Assembly: GCA_013152035.1 (NCBI GenBank)
Contig: JAADHB010000013.1
Location: 1 to 42,362, forward strand
DNA length: 42,362 nucleotides
Direction: 5' to 3'
Source of the DNA: a bacterium
GTDB taxonomy: Bacteria > Patescibacteriota > Minisyncoccia > UBA9983
The translations under genes were made by a program, and so were the position numbers. This document shows, piece after piece, positions 32,138-40,141 of the stretch. Under the pieces are notes generated by a model, which was given only the letters and a program-made list of their open reading frames with translations, was not told the DNA's origin and ran no database searches. Within the stretch, counting starts at the first letter, position 1, and every line of letters begins with the position of its first letter.

Positions 32138-32455
32138 ATGTTAACACTATATAATAGAGAAGATGATGAAATAAAAAAATTACATGAAGAATGGCCAAAG
32201 ATATCATATGAGAAAAAGGTTGATAAATTTTTGTGGAAAATGGTGTGGTTTCATCACGAAAAGCACATCCCGGGAAGTCCTTCCAAGCCGATTAACGAAC
32301 TAAACGAGACAATTAAAAAAGCATCAGACTCTTCCGAAAAACTTACTAATTCTATTCGCACGGCAACTTGGGTAGCGGCAATAATTGGAGGACTTGCTTT
32401 GCTGGTAGCGGCAATTAGTTTACTGAAGGATTTCGGGGTCTTTGATTTGAAATAA
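32138..32455 (+). CDS. small tail-anchored membrane protein (105 aa)
   Basis: A single C-terminal TM helix (..TWVAAIIGGLALLVAAISLL..) and a hydrophilic N-terminal part. No family is recognised. Confidence 0.55.
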   Translation: MLTLYNREDDEIKKLHEEWPKISYEKKVDKFLWKMVWFHHEKHIPGSPSKPINELNETIKKASDSSEKLTNSIRTATWVAAIIGGLALLVAAISLLKDFGVFDLK

Positions 32456-32571
32456 ATTTATGGTGTTTGATCCAATAAAATCAGCAACGGAAATGGTAAA
32501 AAGGTGTGTATAACTTTCTTTACATTGCCCTTGACAAGAATTTCTACATCGCTTAGGATGGAGGTGTAATT

Positions 32572-33360
32572 ATGCTTGCGGATTTTATCAAAAAACAGCG
32601 TATCAAGCGAAACATGACGCAGGGATATTTGGCGTCGGAACTTGATATGTCCCGTCCCACCTATACGCAAATTGAGCGCGGCGAGCGGGAACTTACCATA
32701 TCCGAAGCAAAAAAACTTGCGGCGATTTTTGATATGTCGCTGGAGGATTTCCTTGCCGGCAGGAACGCGAGTTTTTCCGTTTCAATTGGAAAGAGTGGAA
32801 GTAAAAAAAATAAAACAACCGCGGAAAAATCGGAAATACGAATCAATGTGCCGCAGGAAAAAGCTGAAAAATTTAAGCAGGTGCTCTTATATATACTCGC
32901 TAAAATAGGCGGAAAGCCGAATATTGGGCAGACGGTATTGTACAAACTCTTGTATTTTATTGATTTTGATTATTACGAAAAATTTGAGGAACAACTCATT
33001 GGAGCGAAATATATCAAAAACCATTACGGTCCGACGCCCGTGGCGTTCGCCAAGATAATTGGCGATCTTGACCGCGCCGGCAAGGTTGAAAAAATAAAAA
33101 GCAAGTTTTATAAGCACGAGCAGACGAAATATCTGGTTAATCCGGAAGAGCCGATTGATCTTTCCGCGCTTTCCGCGCGGGAACTCGCCCATATAGATTG
33201 GGAGATTGATCGGCTTGGCGATTTGACCGCGACGCAAATTTCCGCGCTTTCGCATATTGACACCCCATGGAAGGTCGCTAAAGAGAGGGAGGCGCTGGAA
33301 TATGAGCATGTTTTCTATCGGCCCGAAGAAACTTCCGTGAGAAATTATGACGCGCTTTAA
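32572..33360 (+). CDS. XRE-family HTH fused to a DUF4065 (Panacea/SocA-like) antitoxin domain
   Basis: The N-terminal ..RIKRNMTQGYLASELDMSRPTYTQIERGERELTISEAKKLAAIF.. is an HTH_XRE. The C-terminal ..TVLYKLLYFIDFDYYEKFEEQLIGAKYIKNHYGPTPVAF.. is the DUF4065 signature. Confidence 0.78.
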   Translation: MLADFIKKQRIKRNMTQGYLASELDMSRPTYTQIERGERELTISEAKKLAAIFDMSLEDFLAGRNASFSVSIGKSGSKKNKTTAEKSEIRINVPQEKAEKFKQVLLYILAKIGGKPNIGQTVLYKLLYFIDFDYYEKFEEQLIGAKYIKNHYGPTPVAFAKIIGDLDRAGKVEKIKSKFYKHEQTKYLVNPEEPIDLSALSARELAHIDWEIDRLGDLTATQISALSHIDTPWKVAKEREALEYEHVFYRPEETSVRNYDAL

Positions 33361-33690
33361 CGAAACTGATCAATTTAAAAAAGAATCTAAAAAACTTTTC
33401 AAAAAATACAAAACATTGGACGGCGATCTTGAGAGGTTTAAAAAATACTCGCTATTTATCCGACGGGCGTCGGCAAGAATTTCATAATTATTCATTCCGC
33501 GAAAGATTTGAAAATCGTAAAAGCGCATCTGGCTTGCCGCGCGTTGCGGAATAATCATTTACTGCGCGTTATTTATTCTTATTTTGAGCGGGAGCAACGG
33601 ATTGAGTTTATTGAGTTGTATTTTAAGGGCGACAAAGAAAACGAGGACCGCGAGCGAATAAAAGAGTATTTGAAAAATAACCAAATCTAG
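33347..33690 (+). pseudogene. RelE/ParE-superfamily (Gp49/HigB-like) toxin, frame broken in an A6 run (33440-33445)
   Basis: MTRFNETDQFKKESKKLFKKYKTLDGDLERFKK| then, in the next frame, |ILAIYPTGVGKNFIIIHSAKDLKIVKAHLACRALRNNHLLRVIYSYFEREQRIEFIELYFKGDKENEDRERIKEYL.. The start overlaps the antitoxin 3' end by 14 nt. Confidence 0.65.
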
Positions 33691-33691
33691 C

Positions 33692-33760
33692 CCCCGCCCT
33701 GTTTTTAAAAAAAGGCAAAAAGTGCTATTATGCCGAATATGGACAATGAAGAAAAAATAG
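33692..33760 (+). repeat. right copy of the duplicated tyrS promoter/5' end (core 33718..33760)
   Basis: See 31064..31131. It contains the extended -10 TGCTATTAT (33723..33731) and ATGs at 33730 and 33739. Confidence 0.9.
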
Positions 33761-34920
33761 AGCGGCTTTTGGCCCGCGGGACCGCGGAGGTGATTGAGAA
33801 GAAACACCTTGAAGAAAGGATTAAAAAGGGCGATAAATTAAGAATAAAAAACGGAGCCGATCCGACAGCCCCGGATTTGCATTTGGGGCACGCGGTTATT
33901 TTGAGAAAGCTGAGGGAATTTCAAGATCTCGGGCACCAAGTCGTTTTCATTATTGGAGATTTTACCGCCAGAGTGGGAGACCCTTCGGGCAAGTCGGCGA
34001 CAAGGCCGATGTTGTCCGAAGAGGAAATTAAAAAAAACGCCAAGACTTATTTTGAACAGGCGGGGAAAATTATTGACATTGAAAAAACGGAAATCCATTA
34101 TAACAGCGAATGGTTTTTGAAAGAGGGGTGGGCGGAAGTTTTGGAGATTGCCGGGAAATTCACCGTGCAGAGAGTTTTGGAGAGGGACGACTTTGAAAGG
34201 CGCATCAAGGCGGGAGTGGAAATTACAATGAAGGAGGTTTTGTATCCGCTGATGCAGGCGTACGACTCAGTTAAAATAAGGGCGGATGTTGAAATAGGCG
34301 GAACGGACCAGAAATTCAATATGCTCGCGGGCAGGACGCTTCAGCGAAAGATGGGGATGGCGGAGCAGGATGTAATCATGATGCCCATTCTCACGGGGCT
34401 GGACGGAGAGCGAAAAATGTCAAAGTCGCTGGGAAACTACATCGGCGTGACTGACGCTCCGAACGATATGTTCGGTAAGGTGATGTCCATTCCGGACAAA
34501 ATCATTATGGAGTGGGCGGAGTTGGCTGCGGATTATTCCGGGGAAGAGCTGGTGGAAATCGGAAAAAGGCTTGAGCGTGGAGAAAATCCGAGAAACATAA
34601 AAATTGAGATGGCGGAGAGGATTACGGCGATGTACCACGGAAAAGAAGAGGCGACCTCCGCGAAAGAAAATTTCATAAAGCTTTTTCAAAAGAAAGAAAT
34701 ACCGGATGATATTCCGGAAATTGCCGCCGAGAAAGGCGACGCGCTCGGGGACATTCTTATTGAGAACAAAATTGTCGCGTCCAAGAGTGAGTTCCGCCGG
34801 CTGGTCAAGGCTGGAGCGGTGGACGCGGACGGGGAGCCGATTGTTGATATTCATTTCGCCATTGAACGGCCGACCGTCGTCAAGGTCGGGAAGAGAAGAT
34901 TCGTTAAGGTGAAAATTTAA
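33730..34920 (+). CDS. tyrS: tyrosine--tRNA ligase
   Basis: 396 aa with HIGH-type ..PDLHLGHAV.., KMSKS and a C-terminal S4-like domain. If the mRNA is leaderless the real start is ATG 33739, 7 nt after the -10. Confidence 0.95.
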   Translation: MPNMDNEEKIERLLARGTAEVIEKKHLEERIKKGDKLRIKNGADPTAPDLHLGHAVILRKLREFQDLGHQVVFIIGDFTARVGDPSGKSATRPMLSEEEIKKNAKTYFEQAGKIIDIEKTEIHYNSEWFLKEGWAEVLEIAGKFTVQRVLERDDFERRIKAGVEITMKEVLYPLMQAYDSVKIRADVEIGGTDQKFNMLAGRTLQRKMGMAEQDVIMMPILTGLDGERKMSKSLGNYIGVTDAPNDMFGKVMSIPDKIIMEWAELAADYSGEELVEIGKRLERGENPRNIKIEMAERITAMYHGKEEATSAKENFIKLFQKKEIPDDIPEIAAEKGDALGDILIENKIVASKSEFRRLVKAGAVDADGEPIVDIHFAIERPTVVKVGKRRFVKVKI

Positions 34921-34930
34921 AAACAAAAAA

Positions 34931-34958
34931 CCGCCGCGTTTAACGCGGCGGTTTTTTT
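34931..34958. terminator. bidirectional intrinsic terminator
   Basis: AAAAAA-CCGCCGCG-TTTAA-CGCGGCGG-TTTTTTT lies between convergent tyrS and the small acidic ORF. Confidence 0.85.
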
Positions 34959-34965
34959 GACGCTT

Positions 34966-35139
34966 TTAGTATTCGTCTTCGTCCATTCCCATATCCGGCG
35001 TTTCATCCTCCTCTTCATCGTCCGCGATTCCGATCCCGTTCTCCGAATCAAGGTCGTCCATCATGGCGATGTTTTCGTCCTCGCCTCCGGCGAAATCGTC
35101 GTCGTAATCCAACAGGGGATTATTTAATAATTCTTCCAT
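34966..35139 (-). CDS. 57-aa extremely acidic small protein (below the ORF-track cutoff)
   Basis: My own translation is MEELLNNPLLDYDDDFAGGEDENIAMMDDLDSENGIGIADDEEEDETPDMGMDEDEY*. It ends at the shared terminator. No homology is recognised. Confidence 0.4.
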   Translation of the reverse strand: MEELLNNPLLDYDDDFAGGEDENIAMMDDLDSENGIGIADDEEEDETPDMGMDEDEY

Positions 35140-35267
35140 AAATGATAAATTAGTTTTTGATATAAGGTTACGACCCCGCGCCTCATTTTTGGCACCTTAT
35201 ATTTTTATCAAAAAGAGATTTCTTTGTAAAGCGTTTTATTTTGGGGTGTGGATATCTTTTTTGGCGG

Positions 35268-35741
35268 CTAAAGACGGCACTGGGCGGAGCAGGTCAGGGC
35301 GCACGCGATGGCGTCAACCTCGTCGTCTGATTTAGGAATAACGGGCATTTTCAGCACCGCTTTCACCATTTCCTGCACCTGCCTTTTTTCCGCCTTTCCG
35401 TAGCCGGTCAGGGCGATTTTTATCTCAAGAGGGGTGTATTCCTTGATTTCAAGTTTTTTGGCGGCGGCGAGAAACAAAACCATCCCGCGCGCTTCGGACA
35501 CCATCATCGCCGTTTTCTGGTTTTTTGTGAAAAACAGCTTCTCAATGGCGAGAATGTCAGGCTTGTGCTTTTTGATTATTTTTTCAATTTCCCTGCCGAT
35601 GCTAAAAAGCCGCTCCGCGTGCGGGGCTTTTTTGTCGGACATCAAACAGACTGAATAAATCAATTTTTCCCCCGCCCGCGATTTCTCCAAAACCGCGCAC
35701 CCCATCCGGTCAAACCCGGGGTCAATGCCTAGAATAACCAT
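35268..35741 (-). CDS. ruvC: crossover junction endodeoxyribonuclease RuvC
   Basis: MVILGIDPGFDRMGCAVLE.. ..ILAIEKLFF.. ..DDEVDAIACAL.. are RuvC catalytic acidic motifs. Confidence 0.92.
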   Translation of the reverse strand: MVILGIDPGFDRMGCAVLEKSRAGEKLIYSVCLMSDKKAPHAERLFSIGREIEKIIKKHKPDILAIEKLFFTKNQKTAMMVSEARGMVLFLAAAKKLEIKEYTPLEIKIALTGYGKAEKRQVQEMVKAVLKMPVIPKSDDEVDAIACALTCSAQCRL

Positions 35742-35775
35742 AACAAAATTATAACACTAGAAACAAAGATTTGCT

Positions 35776-36474
35776 TTACCTTTTTTTAAAAACGTATTCT
35801 AAGTGTTTTGCGGTTACATCGGCGGTTACGCTTGGGCGGCCGCGGAGCTCTTTGTATAATATTTCAAACCCACTGAACAATTCCTCCACTTCTTTTTCCT
35901 TAAAAAAGTGATGTGGCAAATAACCGTCTTTTTGTTTTGTGTTGATTCTTGTTCCGGGTTCCACCTCTTCGCCGGTCAGATAGCGCGGATCATCTGTCGA
36001 GGGTACGGAAAAAGCAAGCAAGCCGCCCCTTTTTAAAACTCTTTTAATATCAAGACACCATTTTTTAATCTGATTCATATATCCGTGCTCAACGACCAGG
36101 GTTGACAACACTCCGTCAAAATACTCATCTCTGTATGGCAATTTGTCGTCTAAATTATGAACAAGGGTGTTAATTGAAATATCTTGATTTTTTGATATCC
36201 CTGCTTGTTCTATGACATTATTTAATATTTCAATTGCTTTGTTGGATATATCAAGAGATTCAAAACGCGCCTTTTTGTGATGGTTTGCCAACTTTTCCGC
36301 CACAAACATCGTGTGCCTTCCCGTCCCGCAACCGTTATCCAACAATACAAAATCCGGCTTATCCTGCTGAAGCAGGAGGTCTGTGATTTTTTCTACGCAG
36401 GGCATAATTTCCTTCTGCACAATATTAAGCTCTTTATATATTTCTTCCCACCCTTTTATGTTTTTTGTATCCAT
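35776..36474 (-). CDS. class I SAM-dependent methyltransferase
   Basis: ..VLLDNGCGTGRH.. is motif I and ..GGLLAFSV.. is post-motif. The substrate is unknown. Confidence 0.8.
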   Translation of the reverse strand: MDTKNIKGWEEIYKELNIVQKEIMPCVEKITDLLLQQDKPDFVLLDNGCGTGRHTMFVAEKLANHHKKARFESLDISNKAIEILNNVIEQAGISKNQDISINTLVHNLDDKLPYRDEYFDGVLSTLVVEHGYMNQIKKWCLDIKRVLKRGGLLAFSVPSTDDPRYLTGEEVEPGTRINTKQKDGYLPHHFFKEKEVEELFSGFEILYKELRGRPSVTADVTAKHLEYVFKKR

Positions 36475-36527
36475 CGTTTTTGCTGAACAGTTTTTTAAAT
36501 TTGATAATACTTAAGGTGTTTCAGAAT

Positions 36528-37061
36528 CTATTCACTATTTACGAATAGATTCTGAACATCATCATTATCGTCCAGCGCTTCAAGGAGCCGGTCAAGTTTT
36601 CCAGCGTCTTCCTCGCTTATTTCAATTTTGTGTTTCGCTTCCCATTTTCCATGCGCATTCTCAAACGCCCAGGTGACGGACCCGCTCTCCGCGAACTTGC
36701 CGTTGTTTTTTGAAAGGATGTGCTTTATTTCCGCCACGGTGCGGTTGTTGTTGTCCGTAATCGCTTCAATTATAATGGCGACGCCTCCGGGGCCGTACGC
36801 CTCGTAGCGGACATTTTCCATCTGCGCGCCCTCCAATTTTCCGGCGCCTTTCTTTATCGCCCTTTCAATGTTGTCCGCCGGCATATTCACGCCCTTCGCC
36901 TTATCAATGGCGGCGCGAAGATCCGGATTCATATCCGGGTCGTCTCCTTTGCGCGCCGCGACGGTTATCATTTTCGCCATCTTTGAAAAAATCTGGCTCC
37001 GCTTCGCGTCCGTGGCGGCCTTCTGATGTTTAATTGTTGACCATTTGGAGTGTCCTGACAT
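36528..37061 (-). CDS. yebC: YebC/PmpR-family protein (short, 177 aa)
   Basis: [25 protein letters not shown].. ..[23 protein letters not shown].. ..DDVQNLF.. About 60 residues of the usual middle/C-terminal domain appear to be missing. Confidence 0.88.
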   Translation of the reverse strand: MSGHSKWSTIKHQKAATDAKRSQIFSKMAKMITVAARKGDDPDMNPDLRAAIDKAKGVNMPADNIERAIKKGAGKLEGAQMENVRYEAYGPGGVAIIIEAITDNNNRTVAEIKHILSKNNGKFAESGSVTWAFENAHGKWEAKHKIEISEEDAGKLDRLLEALDDNDDVQNLFVNSE

Positions 37062-37133
37062 AAGTTTAGAATAATGAATTATGGATAAAGAATCAAGCGA
37101 CGGCGCGTGAGAAAGATTCCCCGCGCGACCCCC

Positions 37134-38135
37134 CTAAAGCAGCGGTTTTTGAGGATGTGGCGCCATTTTGCCGAGGTGTTCGTAGGCGCGGGGGGTGGCG
37201 ACGCGGCCGCGCGGAGTGCGTTCTATGAATCCGAGCTGAAGGAGATACGGTTCGCACACTTCGCCGATGGTCGCTTCCTCTTCGGACGCCGCCGCCGCCA
37301 AAGTCTGCAGCCCCACTGGCCCGCCGCCGAATTTTTCTATCAGTATCTCAAGTATTCGGCGGTCGTTGGCGGTCAGTCCGGACTCGTCAATTTCCAGAAG
37401 CTCAAGCGCTTTGGCGGCAGAATCAATGCCGATTATTCCGTCGCCGTGAACCTGCGCGTAATCCCGGCACCTTTTCAGCAGGTGGTTCGCGGTTCTCGGG
37501 GTGGAACGGCTTCTTTTGGCTATTTCCGCCGCCGCCTCCTCCGCGAGCTCCGCTCCGAGAATTTTCGCGGAGCGCGCGACGATTCTTTGTATCTCTTTTT
37601 CGGTGTAGAATTCAAGCCGGAAAGTTCCGCCGGAAAATCTTGAACGGAGAGGGGAGGAGAGAAGCGAGATTCTGGTGGTGGCGGCGATGAGCGTAAAAGG
37701 CGGAAGGTCCAGCTGAATGGTTCTGGCGGACGGGCCTTTGCCGATAATGATGTCCAAAGCGCCGGACTCCATCGCCGGATAAAGCACTTCTTCAATCATT
37801 TTGTTCAGGCGATGGGCCTCGTCAATAAAAAGAATATCTCCCGGGGAAAGGTTCGTGAGAATGGACGCGAGGTCGCCCACTCTTTCTATCGCCGGCCCGG
37901 ATGTTGATTTCATCTGCGCGCCAATCTCTTTCGTGATAAGGTGGGCGAGCGTTGTTTTTCCGAGACCGGCGGGGCCGTAGAAAAGAAGATGCTCCGGCGG
38001 CTCTTCCCGCTCCATCGCCGCGCCGAGCAGAATTTTCAGATTATTTTTTATGCTTTCCTGCCCGATATAGTCGCCCCAGTTGTCGGGGCGGAGGGTTTGG
38101 TCCAGATATTTATCATTGTTGGCAGGGGTTGACAT
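37134..38135 (-). CDS. ruvB: Holliday junction branch migration helicase RuvB
   Basis: ..[18 protein letters not shown].. ..[10 protein letters not shown].. ..TLIAATTR.. and a winged-helix C-terminus. Confidence 0.96.
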   Translation of the reverse strand: MSTPANNDKYLDQTLRPDNWGDYIGQESIKNNLKILLGAAMEREEPPEHLLFYGPAGLGKTTLAHLITKEIGAQMKSTSGPAIERVGDLASILTNLSPGDILFIDEAHRLNKMIEEVLYPAMESGALDIIIGKGPSARTIQLDLPPFTLIAATTRISLLSSPLRSRFSGGTFRLEFYTEKEIQRIVARSAKILGAELAEEAAAEIAKRSRSTPRTANHLLKRCRDYAQVHGDGIIGIDSAAKALELLEIDESGLTANDRRILEILIEKFGGGPVGLQTLAAAASEEEATIGEVCEPYLLQLGFIERTPRGRVATPRAYEHLGKMAPHPQKPLL

Positions 38136-38180
38136 TTTGTTTTTTGTTTGCTATTATATCCTTAGTTTGAAATTAATAGT

Positions 38181-38341
38181 CCGCCATATAATCCTCCAAG
38201 CAATCCGCCATTAGGCGGATCGGGATTTTTTTGAGGACATCTTGGTGGCGCGCTTGCGCGATTCACTGGGGTTATCCTTAAGAAAAATTCTAAACTTTTG
38301 GTACCCATATTAAAAGAATTGCTTGGAGGATTATGCGGTGG
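38181..38341. repeat. 161-bp element bounded by 24-nt inverted repeats
   Basis: CCGCCATATAATCCTCCAAGCAAT (38181..38204) pairs with the reverse complement of ATTGCTTGGAGGATTATGCGGTGG (38318..38341) at 21 of 24 positions, including a 17-nt perfect core. Inside it are the hairpin TCCGCC-ATTA-GGCGGA plus a T-run, and a GC-rich palindrome. Confidence 0.55.
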
Positions 38342-38381
38342 ACCATTTTTTAATGTTCAAACGCGAACGCGTTCGGTTCGC

Positions 38382-40055
38382 CTACAACTCAACCACTCTT
38401 TGGAGCTCTTCCAGCGATGTTATTCCTCTTATGACTTTCAGCATTCCGTCCTGCTGCATATTCAATATCCCCTGGCTTTTCGCGGCTTCAGTAATTTCAG
38501 TTTCGCTCGGGTTGTTCATAATCAACCCTTCAATTTTTTCGTTCACCAGAATCGCTTCAAAAATTCCTATTCTTCCTTTGTATCCGGTGTTGTTGCACTT
38601 CTCGCACTTTCCCGCCTTCCAGAATTGAACATCCTTGGCGTTCGGCCGCTCCGGAAAATCTTCCGGAAGCTCCGAAATTATTTTCTCCACTTTTTGCATT
38701 TCCGCCTCGGAAAGGGCGGCTTTTTCTTTGCAGTCGGGGCATAATTTTCGCACAAGCCGCTGCGCCATGGCGACATTTATCGCCGGCGCGATGATGCTCG
38801 GGTTCACTCCAAGGTCAATCAGGCGGGGGATTGTTCCGGCGGCGTTGTTCGTGTGCAGGGTGGAGAACACGAGGTGTCCGGTGAGCGCGGCGTTCATCGC
38901 GGTTTTTGCTGTTTCCAAGTCGCGGATTTCCCCGACCATTATGACATCCGGGTCCTGCCTCAGCGCGGCGCGCAATCCGCCGGCGAAGGTGTAGCCCCTC
39001 TTTTTCTCAACCTGAGTTTGTATTATTCCCTTCAAATGATATTCAATCGGATCTTCAATCGTGAGAATCTTAACTTCCGGCGTGTGGATTTTTTTCAGGA
39101 ACGCGTAGAGCGCCGTCGTTTTTCCGGACCCGGTGGGGCCGGTCGTCAGGAGCATGCCGTTCGGCTTTCTTATTTCCTTGATGAGTATGGAGTAGAGCCG
39201 GTCTTCTATCCCGAGTTCTTCCAGCGGAACGGAGATCGCTTTCGGGTCAAGTATTCTCATAACGATTGATTCCCCGTACGCCTCGGGTATCACCGAAACT
39301 CTCACCTCGGTTTCACTCCCCTTTAATTTAATGCTAAATCTTCCGTCCTGCGCCTGGTCGCGGACATTCAGCTTGAGTCCGGAAACGAGTTTTATTCTGG
39401 AAAGGAGTAGGGGATAGGTTTTTGGATTTAAAAGCGCGACATCGTGCAATACTCCGTCAAGGCGCAGCCGCAGGCGGACATCGCCGTCTTGCGGTTCAAT
39501 GTGTATGTCGGAAGCGTCTGAGGCGATCGCTCCAGCAAGCACGATTTCCAGCACCTCGGATATTTTCCTGCTCTTTTTTGAGTCTGTCGCTTCGGACAAG
39601 ATACTCCGCAACCCGTCAAGATTTTTCGCCTCGCCCATAAACTCCTCAAGTTTTTCCGGAGAAACATCAATAATTCCTCTTGAAATTTCAACAAAATCGG
39701 GCACTTCCGAGTATCTTTTCCACACCCGTTCAAGGCTCGTTTCCGAAACCATATACAGCGTTGTTTTGAACCCTTTTTCCTCCAGCTCTTTTATTATTTT
39801 TTTGGTCGGGTCGGGGTTGGGGCTGAGAATGGCGACTTGCAGCCGCTTCCCGGATTTTTGGAAGACCGCCAGTTTTGCTTCCCTCGCGTCTTCTTCCGGA
39901 ACAAGTTTTAGGGCGTCCAAATCTATGGTGACTCTTGAGAGATCAAGGTAAGGCAATTTGTATTTCTGGGCGAGAATTTGCGAAAGCTCTTCCGCTTCGC
40001 GTTCCCGCATTTCTTCAACTCTTTTCTGCTGTTTTTCGTCCGTGAAATTAATCAT
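38382..40055 (-). CDS. pilB: type II/IV secretion-family ATPase (PilB/GspE-like)
   Basis: 557 aa with ..LLTTGPTGSGKTTAL.., ..ILTIEDPIEY.. and ..PDVIMVGEIRD.., plus C-terminal tetra-Cys ..CPDC..C.KC.. Confidence 0.92.
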   Translation of the reverse strand: MINFTDEKQQKRVEEMREREAEELSQILAQKYKLPYLDLSRVTIDLDALKLVPEEDAREAKLAVFQKSGKRLQVAILSPNPDPTKKIIKELEEKGFKTTLYMVSETSLERVWKRYSEVPDFVEISRGIIDVSPEKLEEFMGEAKNLDGLRSILSEATDSKKSRKISEVLEIVLAGAIASDASDIHIEPQDGDVRLRLRLDGVLHDVALLNPKTYPLLLSRIKLVSGLKLNVRDQAQDGRFSIKLKGSETEVRVSVIPEAYGESIVMRILDPKAISVPLEELGIEDRLYSILIKEIRKPNGMLLTTGPTGSGKTTALYAFLKKIHTPEVKILTIEDPIEYHLKGIIQTQVEKKRGYTFAGGLRAALRQDPDVIMVGEIRDLETAKTAMNAALTGHLVFSTLHTNNAAGTIPRLIDLGVNPSIIAPAINVAMAQRLVRKLCPDCKEKAALSEAEMQKVEKIISELPEDFPERPNAKDVQFWKAGKCEKCNNTGYKGRIGIFEAILVNEKIEGLIMNNPSETEITEAAKSQGILNMQQDGMLKVIRGITSLEELQRVVEL

Positions 40056-40141
40056 TTGCGTTTACCCCTTTGTTATTTTATTCGTAGCATTTGCGGCGGA
40101 CTTAATCAATCTTGACCGTCGTTTCTTGTGTGTCATAAATA

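Larger units (their letters stand above)
31064..33760 (+). mobile_element. repeat-bracketed 2.6-kb accessory gene cassette at the tyrS start (no recombinase gene)
   Basis: The cassette is flanked by the direct repeats above. It holds five co-oriented accessory genes (T5orf172, HNH, TM, HTH-Panacea, RelE-like toxin). Mobility itself is an inference. Confidence 0.5.
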
